Assembly: GCA_963715045.1 (NCBI GenBank)
Contig: CAVQRC010000016.1
Location: 1-64,000 of the forward strand
DNA: 64,000 nucleotides
Direction: 5' to 3'
Source of the DNA: Pirellulales bacterium
Lineage (GTDB): Bacteria; Planctomycetota; Planctomycetia; Pirellulales; Lacipirellulaceae
This document shows, one piece after another, positions 49,927-64,000 of the stretch; the first letter of the stretch is position 1, and each line of letters opens with the position of its first letter. Made by a program: the position numbers and the translations under genes. The notes under the pieces were generated by a model that was given only the letters and a program-made list of their open reading frames with translations, was not told where the DNA came from and ran no database searches.

Positions 49927-50298
49927 ATGGGAGTTACTACTTCTTCTTCTACTGAGTGGCGTATCGAAATCGTTGATCGCGGTCCTGACTGGTTGTTTAT
50001 CAGGCTGCACCCACGCGAAGGCGTACTCGCTCACGACATTGCCGATCGGTTGTGGGAGGTCCTCAACAACCACTTCGTGTATCGGGTCGTGATCGAAATG
50101 AATGAGGTGACTTTCATCTCCAGTCATCTCATGGGCCAGTTGGTGATGCTGCAGAAACGTGTACTGCAACATGAGGGCGCGCTTCGCCTGTGTGGCATGC
50201 CGCAAGCTTGTTCAGATGCGTTGCGAATTTGTCGGCTCAATTCGGTACTGCCGAACTATGCCAACCACGAAGATGCCGTGCTGGGGCGTGCGTCCTAG
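49927..50298 (+). CDS. STAS-domain anti-sigma-factor antagonist
   Basis: SpoIIAA-like. Conserved Ser in the FISSHLMGQLV region. Confidence 0.65.
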   Translation: MGVTTSSSTEWRIEIVDRGPDWLFIRLHPREGVLAHDIADRLWEVLNNHFVYRVVIEMNEVTFISSHLMGQLVMLQKRVLQHEGALRLCGMPQACSDALRICRLNSVLPNYANHEDAVLGRAS

Positions 50299-50434
50299 CA
50301 CATGATTGGAGATCGACATCCGGCGGCCGTCTGGAGCCACCGAAGATGTCGTGCGCCGGTCAACGAAGCCAGGAGGGCCATCGTACCGAATCGGTAGCTT
50401 CTCAGCGCCACTACTCTGCGCATCGCCACTGACC

Positions 50435-52033
50435 TTATTGCAGATAGGTCCGCCGAAGCTTTTGCAGAGCCGCCAGGGCTGGTTTGCCCGCACCGCGGCG
50501 GTCCACGAGGCCACTCTCGGGAAAATCGGAGTGGACCGCGTCGTCGATCTGGTTCCACACGACGACTTGAACCGAGTTCTTGGCCAGCATCAGCGGCATG
50601 AAATCCTCGACCCACTCCCGCTGCCGCGATCCGGGCGGTTCGGGCGGAGCGCCTACCGGCGGGGGTCTCGACGCGAGGCTGTTGGCCGACGAGGTGATCA
50701 CCATGATCGGGACGCCGAGCAGGCTCCAGTGATCGAACAACCGACTGAACGCGAGCGGCGTCCGAGGCAGGCTCGCCTCGGGGCCCGTACCGATGTTCAG
50801 TTCCAGCCCGATGCCGGCCAGACCGATGTCCGCCCGCACCAACGCATCGGCGAAGTGGAGCGGGGACAGGTCCCACGACTCCCGGGCGATATACTCGGCC
50901 CAGGGCTTATCGAACGTCGCCACGACCGGCGTTCGGGGGTCGAGGCTGCGGATCAACTCGACGATTCGCACGACGATCCGCAACCGCTCTTCCTCACCCA
51001 ATCCGAGCAGATTGCCGACGTTGATCCGCGACGCACATTGCCACAGGTGCACTCGACCGCGATACCGCATGACGACGGCCTTGACGTGGTCGAGCATGAA
51101 GGCGAGCAGGTTCTCGTAATCGTTCTCCCACAGATACATCCAATCGGGAATCCCGCTGGGGTGCAGACGCAGCAGGGGGCCGCCGCAGACTTTAAGGCCC
51201 GCCCTCTGAGACCACTCGATCTGAGCGTCGGAAGTCGCCCAGTCGCGACGGCCTTCGTGGGCTTCGATTTCCCGCCATGACATGGGGATCGAAGCCAGAT
51301 TGAAAGCCGCCGACACCTCCCCGGCAATGCGAGGTGTCAACGCGAAGGGACCCAGGTGAGCACCCAGCAAAGTCGTCAATTGTTGACCCGATTGGCGGCG
51401 GACGGCCAACGCCTGTTCGGCATAGGAGCGCCCCAGTGCGTAGCTCAATTCGACACCCTGCTCGATTGCGTCACAAGCGAACCGCGCGGCGACCTCGGGT
51501 TGTGCCTGCTTGCTGGCCGCGGCCGCGAACGCCGCCATCGCTTGCTTGAGTCCCGCGACGATGTCGTCGCGTACCACCAGGCCGACCGACTTCCAGCTTG
51601 CCAGGTGTTCCCGAAGTTCATGGACCGTTCCACGAGCCAACTCGACTTCGAGCAGGTAGGGCCTCGGTCGCTCCATGAGTGTGGCGGTCGACAGCACCAG
51701 AGGTCCCCGGCGGGACAGCAGCCAGGGGACATACAGGCAGCCAGAATCGCTCTCCGAGCGGGAAACGACCAGCTCGTCACCGATCCACGTATTCTGACTC
51801 TGCCACGGAATCGACTCGATTCCGGACATGTAGATTCGCGATGCGTCTCGGTCGAGCAGGCGATCACGCTCGCTAACAAGAAACCTCAACCGTCCCATTG
51901 GGCAAAGACAAAGCCGCTCGCAGGAAGTGTGGATGGGATAACGAAAACGAGCGAGACCCAACGGAGAATCGGACGCGGCCGCGCCGGGGCACCTCGAAAG
52001 GCCCGCCGAACCGGCCCTGCGGATTCTACTCAT
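50435..52033 (-). CDS. hypothetical protein, possibly TIM-barrel glycoside-hydrolase-like
   Basis: Weak GH10-like segments only (VHLWQCASRIN, GLELNIG). Start uncertain. Confidence 0.3.
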   Translation of the reverse strand: MSRIRRAGSAGLSRCPGAAASDSPLGLARFRYPIHTSCERLCLCPMGRLRFLVSERDRLLDRDASRIYMSGIESIPWQSQNTWIGDELVVSRSESDSGCLYVPWLLSRRGPLVLSTATLMERPRPYLLEVELARGTVHELREHLASWKSVGLVVRDDIVAGLKQAMAAFAAAASKQAQPEVAARFACDAIEQGVELSYALGRSYAEQALAVRRQSGQQLTTLLGAHLGPFALTPRIAGEVSAAFNLASIPMSWREIEAHEGRRDWATSDAQIEWSQRAGLKVCGGPLLRLHPSGIPDWMYLWENDYENLLAFMLDHVKAVVMRYRGRVHLWQCASRINVGNLLGLGEEERLRIVVRIVELIRSLDPRTPVVATFDKPWAEYIARESWDLSPLHFADALVRADIGLAGIGLELNIGTGPEASLPRTPLAFSRLFDHWSLLGVPIMVITSSANSLASRPPPVGAPPEPPGSRQREWVEDFMPLMLAKNSVQVVVWNQIDDAVHSDFPESGLVDRRGAGKPALAALQKLRRTYLQ

Positions 52034-52047
52034 CCGCTATCAGCGGT

Positions 52048-52593
52048 TCAAGCGAGGTCGCGTAGCGGACCCTGCCGGGGGTGCGTCGGGATGCTCTGCA
52101 CGACGGCCGTTGACAAGGCCGCAGAAGCAGGCGGTCCCGACCCGCAGGAGAAATCTCCTGCGGGTCGGAAGCCGCTGACCATCCAGCGCGCGACTGCTCC
52201 CGCTGAATGGAAACCGTTGAACGGAATAAGATCCTCGCTCTCGTCACCCCGAATCCCCACGGTCACGCTGACCACGTTGAGACTCGCTGGCAGCGAAATA
52301 GCGGTCGCACCGAGATTGACCGCGCACTGGCAGTTCGTTGGCTGCGACGGCGGAAAGACCTCCACCTCGAGTTCAACCTTGTAATGCAGTTTTCCGTCTT
52401 CGCGATTGAAGTCCTCGAGTTCGACTTCCAGCTCGTAGGGGTCTTCGAACTCCGATGGCTCCGGGAGAGGCATCGTGCAGGCTGGCCCGGTGGGGGCCAT
52501 CAGCGCCAGCGCCGCACCTGCGATGAGAGCGCCGGCGGCAGGAGCGAGCCATTCCCGGCGGCTGATAAATCCTCTGGTGGCGTCACAGCTCAT
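52048..52593 (-). CDS. Tat-signal secreted hypothetical protein
   Basis: SRREWLAPAAGALIAGAALAL twin-arginine motif. Confidence 0.45.
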   Translation of the reverse strand: MSCDATRGFISRREWLAPAAGALIAGAALALMAPTGPACTMPLPEPSEFEDPYELEVELEDFNREDGKLHYKVELEVEVFPPSQPTNCQCAVNLGATAISLPASLNVVSVTVGIRGDESEDLIPFNGFHSAGAVARWMVSGFRPAGDFSCGSGPPASAALSTAVVQSIPTHPRQGPLRDLA

Positions 52594-52912
52594 CGATTGA
52601 TCTCCTGGTTTTGGTTGGAATGCGGCATCGCCGCGAAAGGCAACAATCCAGAGATTCAGAAAGGCCCCCATCTTCCGCCACAGAAAACGCCTGCGAACGT
52701 GGCCGCGACCGATCGTCCTTAGTCATTCGAAGCCCGGGCCGCTTCCGCGACACCAACAAGCCCGTTCCTGCACCCGCGGGCCCCTCGTAGAGGGCCCGCC
52801 TGACCCCCGGTCGCCCTCCTGACGATATCGCGGGTCGACTGCTATATTTTGGTGATTCAGAGCCGCCTTCGCCGGTCATGCCCCCGCGAAGCCCCACCCG
52901 CGAACAGGAGAT

Positions 52913-53802
52913 TTGGTCATGACGGGGGTTGTCCTCAGCACGCAGTTGTCAGGGATGGGAGTCCGTCACGGGAAAGTCCGTGACATCTACGACCTGGGCG
53001 ACAACCTGCTGTTGGTCAGCACCGACCGGATCAGTGCGTTCGACTGGATCCTGCCTACCGGAATCCCCGATAAAGGCCGCCTGCTGACCCAATTGAGCCG
53101 GTTCTGGTTCGACCGCATCGACGAGCCGAACCACTTGCTCAGCACGGACATCGACGAGATCGACCTACCCGACGGGATCGACCGCGACGCGCTTCGCGGC
53201 CGGAGCACGCTCGTCCGCAAGACCGAGGTCGTGCCGTTCGAGTGCGTGGTCCGCGGCTACCTGGCGGGCTCGGGCTGGAAGGAATATCAGCAGTCAGGCC
53301 GCGTCGCTGGCATTGAACTGCCCCAAGGTCTTGTCGAGTCGGATCAACTGCCCGAGCCGATCTTTACGCCCGCCACGAAAGCTGCCCCCGGAGAACACGA
53401 CGAGAACATCACGTTCGCGGAAATGAGCGACCAACTCGGCCGGGAAACGGCAGACACGCTCCGCGAACGCTCTCTCGCGATTTACCAGGCCGCCGCCGAT
53501 TACGCCCGCCATCAGGGCATTCTGATCGCGGATACGAAATTCGAGTTCGGTCGCGTCAATGACGAGATCATCCTGATCGACGAGGTGCTGACTCCTGACA
53601 GTTCGAGATTCTGGCCCGCCGACAAGTATCAACCCGGCCACGGCCAGCCCTCATTCGACAAGCAGTATGTCCGTGACTGGCTGCTGACCACCGACTGGGA
53701 TAAGAACAGCCCTCCCCCCCACTCCCGCCTGAGATCGTCACGCGGACCGCCGAGAAATACGCCGAAGCCTACGAGCGAATCGTCGGCTCCAAACTCGCGT
53801 AG
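52913..53802 (+). pseudogene. purC: phosphoribosylaminoimidazole-succinocarboxamide synthase with +1/-1 frameshift at a C7 tract (53714-53720)
   Basis: [25 protein letters not shown]. The canonical C-terminus [28 protein letters not shown] is encoded in the adjacent frame after the poly-C run. Confidence 0.8.
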
Positions 53803-53845
53803 CGGTGCGAAGCCGGCTTTGAATTATTTTGGATTGAAGTTTGTC

Positions 53846-53869
53846 TGTGATTTGCCGCATGTGATTTGC
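53846..53869. promoter_or_regulatory. direct repeat TGTGATTTGC x2 (14-nt offset) in the aroC upstream region
   Basis: Read from the sequence. Followed by the palindrome CGCGC-ATG-GCGCG at 53877-53889. Confidence 0.3.
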
Positions 53870-53941
53870 GTTTTATTCCGCGCATGGCGCGTAGCCCACG
53901 GACTGATTCTGTAACGCGACCTCGACCCCCGACTCGCCAAT

Positions 53942-55141
53942 ATGCTTCGTTACTGGACTGCCGGAGAGTCGCACGGCAAGACTCTGATTGCACTCGTCGA
54001 TGGTTTTCCGGCAGGCATACCGATCGACGAAGCGGCCATCAACGCGGACCTTCGTCGCCGCCAGGGCGGGTATGGTCGCGGCGGACGGCAACGGATCGAG
54101 ACCGACACGGTCAACGTACTGAGCGGCGTCTGGCGGGGAGTGTCGCTCGGCAGTCCGATCGCGCTCGAGGTGAAGAACAGGGATTACAAGCTCGAACGAC
54201 TCGACGATCTGGACCGGCCGCGGCCCGGCCACGGCGATTTGACCGGGGCCATGAAGTACCTGGGCTCGATTCGCGGCGTGCTGGAACGGGCCAGCGCCCG
54301 GGAGACGGCCGTCCGCGTTGCTGCCGGCGGACTCGCCAAGCAATTGCTCGAGCAGTTCGGCATCCAAGCCGTGGGATACGTGGTCGAACTGGGGGGCGAG
54401 CAGATCGAACCGGCAACCGGTACGGTAGACGAGCTCCGGCAAATCCGCGATCAGAGCGAGATCTACAGTCTCGATCCGAGCCGTGACGCGGCGATCAAGC
54501 AGTTGATCGACGAGACGGGCAAACAGGGCGACACGCTCGGTGGAATTGTGGAGGTCCGTGTCGAGGGCCTTCCATTCGGTTTGGGAACACACGCCCAGTG
54601 GGATCGCAAGCTGGATGGCCGGATCGCCCAGGCGGTCATGGCCGTGCAGGCTTTCAAAGGGGTCGAGATCGGACTAGGCTTCGAGGCCGCCCGGCGGAAG
54701 GGCTCGGAGGTGCACGATCCGATTCACTACGATCCCGATCAGCGTAATGCGCCTCATCTGGGCTTTGTGCGGCCGTCGAACAATGCCGGCGGACTGGAGG
54801 CCGGGATGACCAATGGGCAGCCGCTGGTCGTCCGCGCTGCCAAGAAACCGATCAGCACGCTTCGCAAACCTCTCGACTCGGTCAATCTGAAGACGAAACA
54901 AGCCGAGGGAGCCAGCTATGAGCGAAGCGACGTATGTGCCCTCTCCGCCGGCAGCATCATTATCGAAGCCGTCGTCGCGTTCGCGGTCGCCGAAGCCCTG
55001 GTCGAAAAATTCGGCGGCGACAGCCTGCTCGAAATGCAATCCCGCTACGACACCTTTCTCGAGCTGGCGCAGGGACGACCGGGGTGGGTAGCCAAACGAG
55101 TTCGATCCGGGGGACGGCCGGTCGTAATGACTAATTCCTAA
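53942..55141 (+). CDS. aroC: chorismate synthase
   Basis: GESHGKTLIALVDGFPAGIPI, RPGHGDLTG. Confidence 0.9.
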   Translation: MLRYWTAGESHGKTLIALVDGFPAGIPIDEAAINADLRRRQGGYGRGGRQRIETDTVNVLSGVWRGVSLGSPIALEVKNRDYKLERLDDLDRPRPGHGDLTGAMKYLGSIRGVLERASARETAVRVAAGGLAKQLLEQFGIQAVGYVVELGGEQIEPATGTVDELRQIRDQSEIYSLDPSRDAAIKQLIDETGKQGDTLGGIVEVRVEGLPFGLGTHAQWDRKLDGRIAQAVMAVQAFKGVEIGLGFEAARRKGSEVHDPIHYDPDQRNAPHLGFVRPSNNAGGLEAGMTNGQPLVVRAAKKPISTLRKPLDSVNLKTKQAEGASYERSDVCALSAGSIIIEAVVAFAVAEALVEKFGGDSLLEMQSRYDTFLELAQGRPGWVAKRVRSGGRPVVMTNS

Positions 55142-55157
55142 TAACGAATAACTAGGG

Positions 55158-55270
55158 AATACCGAATGCCCGAATGACCAGGCAAAGTCTTATCTTGGGT
55201 GAGAGTTTTCTCTTGGGCATTCGTCATTAGGAATTAGTTAGTCATTAGAGATTAGTCATTAGTCATTACA
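55158..55270. repeat. intergenic motif cluster (GAATGCCCGAATGACCAGG; GTCATTAG x4)
   Basis: Shares the AATGAC / GAATGCC motifs with 10818-10876. Confidence 0.5.
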
Positions 55271-55279
55271 CTTCCCGTC

Positions 55280-56662
55280 GTGCCCACAGAGAGCGAACCC
55301 ATCCCCCCCTCCCCCGACCAACATGACGTGTCCCCGCCGCTGGCTCGGGATCGCTCCTTCTGGGGCATGACGATCACCCAGTTTCTGGGTGCCTTCAACG
55401 ACAACCTGTTTAAGCAACTGATCCTGCTGCTCTCGCTGTCGACTGGTGTCGCGGCCATCGCCGCCGGCGGGAGGATGGTCGAGGACGCCAACCCTGCCGA
55501 TACCCCGGCTGCCGCTGTCGGCGACGCAGAGGAGAAGCCGAAAGATCGTCAGACGGTTGCGATGGCCCTGTTCTCGATCCCGTTTCTGTTGTTCAGCGGT
55601 GTCGCCGGCTTCCTCTCCGACAAGGTCAGCAAACGCACCGTGATCGTGGCCGCCAAGGTGGCCGAGATTTTCGTGATGGCACTGGGCCTGCTCGCGTTCT
55701 CTATGATCCCGACGTGGGGACTCACGCCCGCCTTGGCGGTCCTGTTTGCGATGGGGCTGCAAAGCGCGTTCTTCGGGCCCGCCAAGTACGGGATTCTTCC
55801 GGAGCTCTTTCGACCGACCGATTTGCCGGCTGCGAATGCCGTGATGCTGATGACGACGTTCCTGGCGATCATCTTCGGGACCGCTGCGGCCGGCGTGATT
55901 CTCGATTATCTCGCCGGTCCGCTGTGGGTCCGCTGCGGGCTGTGCCTGGTGATCGCGGTCATCGGAACGGCCACCAGCCTGCTGGTCCGGCCCGTCCCGG
56001 CGGCCAAGCCCGGCCTCGAACTCGAGTTCGAATCGTTTCACGTTCCTCGCGACACGCGGCAGATGCTGGGCCTCGACCGTCCGCTGTGCGTGGTGTTGTT
56101 CGTCTCGAGCGTGTTCTGGTTGATCGGAGGCCTCGTGCAACCGAGCGTCAACGCCTTCGGCAAGAATCAGCTTGGCGTTGCCGACTCGCTGACCAGCCTG
56201 CTCGCGGCATCGATGGGCGTGGGGATCGCATTCGGGTGCGTCGTGGCCGGCATCCTCTGCCGAGGCCAACCCGACTTCCGCCTCACCCGCGTGGGCGCGG
56301 CGGGCGTGACGCTCTGTCTGCTGCTGATGAGCCTGCCGGCTTTGGGCGGCTGGGGAGACATCGAGCACAATCACCTGCTCGGTTACTACGGGAGCATCGT
56401 CGTGCTGATTCTCGTGGGCGGCTTTGCGGGCTTGTTTGTGATCCCGCTGCAGGTCTTCATGCAGCTCCGTCCGCCCGTTGATCGCAAAGGCCGAATGATC
56501 GGCGTCATGAACCAGGCCAGCTGGCTGGCGATCGTGATTTCGGTCGGCTTCTACGCGTTGTTCGGCGCGATCGTGGAAGCGTTGGCGCTTCCGCATGCCA
56601 CCGTGTTCGGGTTCACCGCGTTGATCATTCTTCCGGTGGCCGTCGTGGGCGTGCGGCAGTAG
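55280..56662 (+). CDS. MFS transporter (LplT-like lysophospholipid transporter family)
   Basis: 12 predicted TM segments. N-terminal FLGAFNDNLFKQ motif. Confidence 0.65.
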   Translation: MPTESEPIPPSPDQHDVSPPLARDRSFWGMTITQFLGAFNDNLFKQLILLLSLSTGVAAIAAGGRMVEDANPADTPAAAVGDAEEKPKDRQTVAMALFSIPFLLFSGVAGFLSDKVSKRTVIVAAKVAEIFVMALGLLAFSMIPTWGLTPALAVLFAMGLQSAFFGPAKYGILPELFRPTDLPAANAVMLMTTFLAIIFGTAAAGVILDYLAGPLWVRCGLCLVIAVIGTATSLLVRPVPAAKPGLELEFESFHVPRDTRQMLGLDRPLCVVLFVSSVFWLIGGLVQPSVNAFGKNQLGVADSLTSLLAASMGVGIAFGCVVAGILCRGQPDFRLTRVGAAGVTLCLLLMSLPALGGWGDIEHNHLLGYYGSIVVLILVGGFAGLFVIPLQVFMQLRPPVDRKGRMIGVMNQASWLAIVISVGFYALFGAIVEALALPHATVFGFTALIILPVAVVGVRQ

Positions 56663-56695
56663 CGGGACCGGTCGCGCCGGGTGATTCCGCCGCGT

Positions 56696-56714
56696 CCCCC
56701 GGCAAAGCCGGGGG
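56696..56714 (+). terminator. GC hairpin CCCCCGGCAAAGCCGGGGG after the MFS gene
   Basis: Read from the sequence. No T-tract, as is usual in high-GC genomes. Confidence 0.35.
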
Positions 56715-56818
56715 CTCCGAGCTGGTAGTGATGCGTGCCACTGCGATGGCCCAGCCACGGGGCTCGATTCGGTCGGTTATAATTCTGCGGACAACATTTT
56801 TTGCCGTGAGGTTTTCTG

Positions 56819-57571
56819 ATGCCGATGCACGACTGGACAAGAGTGTCCGCGGGCTCCTTCCACACCTTCCACACGGCGTGGATCACGGAGTTGGCCAGAG
56901 CGCTCAACAACGGAATCCTCCCGGAGCCGTTTTACGCGGAGTCGGAGCAGATCGCCGGTGAAACTGGGCCCGACGTATTGGCGTTGGATGCGGATTCGGA
57001 GCGCACCCTTCGAGATCGATTGAACGCCCTGCAGGAGGGTGGGGCGACCGCGGTGGTGGACGCTCCGCCGAGTGTCACGATCACCCAGGTGGCGTCGGAA
57101 GAAGAACTCTATTCCGAGCAGCGTAACCGACTCACGATTCGGCATTCCTCTGGCGATATGCTGGTGGCCTACGTGGAGATTTTGTCATCTGGAAACAAGT
57201 CGAGCCGCCGCGCGATGGGGCGGTTCCTCGATAAGGTATACAGCGTGCTGCGAGACGGCGTGCACCTGCTGGTCATCGATCCGTATCCTCCCAGCACTTT
57301 CGATCCACAGGGAATTCACGGGGTGATCTGGCAAGAGGTTGATCCGTCGGCACCCTACGCGCGGCCGGAGGAAATGCCGCTTACGCTGGTCTCGTATTGC
57401 GCCAGCCGGCCGATCCAGGCTTTCGTAGAGCCGATTTGCGTCGGCACAACATTGCCAGGCATGCCACTCTTTCTGGACGCCCGATGGTACGTGACGTTAC
57501 CGCTTGAAGAGACCTACGCCGCTGCCTTGGAAGCCGTGCCGACTCGTTGGCGACGCCTGCTTGCCGAATGA
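56819..57571 (+). CDS. DUF4058-like hypothetical protein
   Basis: Family assignment tentative (MPMHDW...FHTFHTAW). Confidence 0.35.
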   Translation: MPMHDWTRVSAGSFHTFHTAWITELARALNNGILPEPFYAESEQIAGETGPDVLALDADSERTLRDRLNALQEGGATAVVDAPPSVTITQVASEEELYSEQRNRLTIRHSSGDMLVAYVEILSSGNKSSRRAMGRFLDKVYSVLRDGVHLLVIDPYPPSTFDPQGIHGVIWQEVDPSAPYARPEEMPLTLVSYCASRPIQAFVEPICVGTTLPGMPLFLDARWYVTLPLEETYAAALEAVPTRWRRLLAE

Positions 57572-57655
57572 GGGGCTGGCTCGGACAGCAAAACTGGTTT
57601 CAGCAGCCGGATTCCCCGGCCGTGGGACGCGTTCACTCAGGCTCTGGGATAGGTA

Positions 57656-58549
57656 CTAAGTCCGAACCGCCGCCATGAAGAACAGGGCGATCAGGCCCAC
57701 CAGCAGTCCCGAAGTTGGTTCCGGCACCAGCGTGAACGTAATCCCGGGCGTGTCGGTGGAGAGGTTTACGCTCGCCGTATTGGCGAAATCCGATGCGGCT
57801 CCTGTCTCCCGGCCTTGTGCCTGGAACGCCTTTGTTCCCAGTTCGACCTCCACGGCAAACACGTCGCCGAATCCTACAGTGAGCGCATCATCTACGCGAA
57901 TGAGGGCATTCACGCTGAACTCGCAGGAGAAGGGGCTGCAACTTTGTTCACTAAAGTCGCCATCCCGCGTGGCGTCTGCCCAGTCACCGCTGCGAACCAG
58001 GATGGGGGGTTCCGTCCTGGATATTCCAGTAAGATCGGCGCTGCCGTCAAAAACGCTAAGGGCCCCCGACACCATGTCGTGAAGGGTCAAGCGGAAGGTT
58101 ACCGACGACAGCAGATCGTCGAGTCCAACGTTCGTGTTGTTGTTGAAATAGCTGAGTGTTCCGTCGACGGAGAGATCCAGATCAATGTCGATGGGCGTCA
58201 GGGGATCGCTCCCTCCCGTCTGGACGTGCGCTACCCAACGAGCATTCGCTGTCGCATTGGAAGCCTCGGCGAGCCCGGAGGCCGATTCGACCAGGCTGGA
58301 AGCTCGGAGTGTTCCGCCGACTGTCGCGCTCGCGAAGGCATCGGCCAGGCCGCTACCTGAGGCGTTGTTCGTCGCCGCCGCCGTGCCCGGTCCACTGTCG
58401 GTGACGGTCCCCGCGTCTTCGACCGGCGTCATCGCAGTGGCCTGGGCCTCGGCGATTACAGGCGGGAGGGGCATTGCCTGGGAGACTGAAGCTGTAGTCA
58501 GAACCAGGCAGGTGATCGTTAGTTCGCCGATCCAACTGTGTTTACGCAT
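57656..58549 (-). CDS. PEP-CTERM sorting-domain secreted protein
   Basis: Signal peptide MRKHSWIGELTITCLVLTTASVSQA. C-terminus VPEPTSGLLVGLIALFFMAAVRT. Confidence 0.7.
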   Translation of the reverse strand: MRKHSWIGELTITCLVLTTASVSQAMPLPPVIAEAQATAMTPVEDAGTVTDSGPGTAAATNNASGSGLADAFASATVGGTLRASSLVESASGLAEASNATANARWVAHVQTGGSDPLTPIDIDLDLSVDGTLSYFNNNTNVGLDDLLSSVTFRLTLHDMVSGALSVFDGSADLTGISRTEPPILVRSGDWADATRDGDFSEQSCSPFSCEFSVNALIRVDDALTVGFGDVFAVEVELGTKAFQAQGRETGAASDFANTASVNLSTDTPGITFTLVPEPTSGLLVGLIALFFMAAVRT

Positions 58550-58680
58550 GAGGTGTCTGTTCCTTGCGATCAATGGTGCCGCGGTCACAAACTTCGCTGA
58601 CGTGGTCGACCGCAGACGGGACGCAGCAGTTGCCGAATCTCGCAGTGAAAGTGATCGTGGCGAGAAACCTGTGGCGGGAA

Positions 58681-64000
<5,320 letters not shown>

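Overview
High-GC (~60%) bacterial chromosomal segment. Gene content (PEP-CTERM proteins, leucine-rich-repeat (LRR) and HEAT-repeat secreted proteins, DUF1570, DUF4339 and DUF4058 families, VKOR-DsbA fusion, long SecA with C-terminal zinc finger) points to Planctomycetota, probably Pirellulales. Most of the window is housekeeping: secA, waaA, dnaA, selA, galU, guaB, alaS, purC, aroC, thiC, metH, a Prc-type tail-specific protease, a diadenylate cyclase, IMPDH and others. Positions 1-9400 look accessory. They hold an uncharacterised, translationally coupled pair (412-aa protein plus small P-loop NTPase), a ~1.1-kb ORF-poor hairpin-rich stretch, an LRR protein, a PEP-CTERM lectin-like protein, a ParD-like/zeta-toxin type II TA module with an operator palindrome, a ParB-like HTH fragment, and an OLD/PARIS-like ATPase-TOPRIM nuclease gene with a degenerate Walker A and no ATG start. 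Other points of note: several short-repeat families (7-bp, 8-bp and 15-bp tandem repeats; a 22-bp perfect inverted repeat; a (CCCTGAC)n G-rich repeat downstream of two minus-strand genes; an AATGAC-containing motif shared by two intergenic regions); a DUF1570-permease-DUF1570 cluster with an orphan ABC permease; and three single-nucleotide frameshifts in conserved genes (purC at a C7 homopolymer, metH twice), which suggest either assembly indel errors or gene decay. No rRNA, canonical tRNA or CRISPR array was found.
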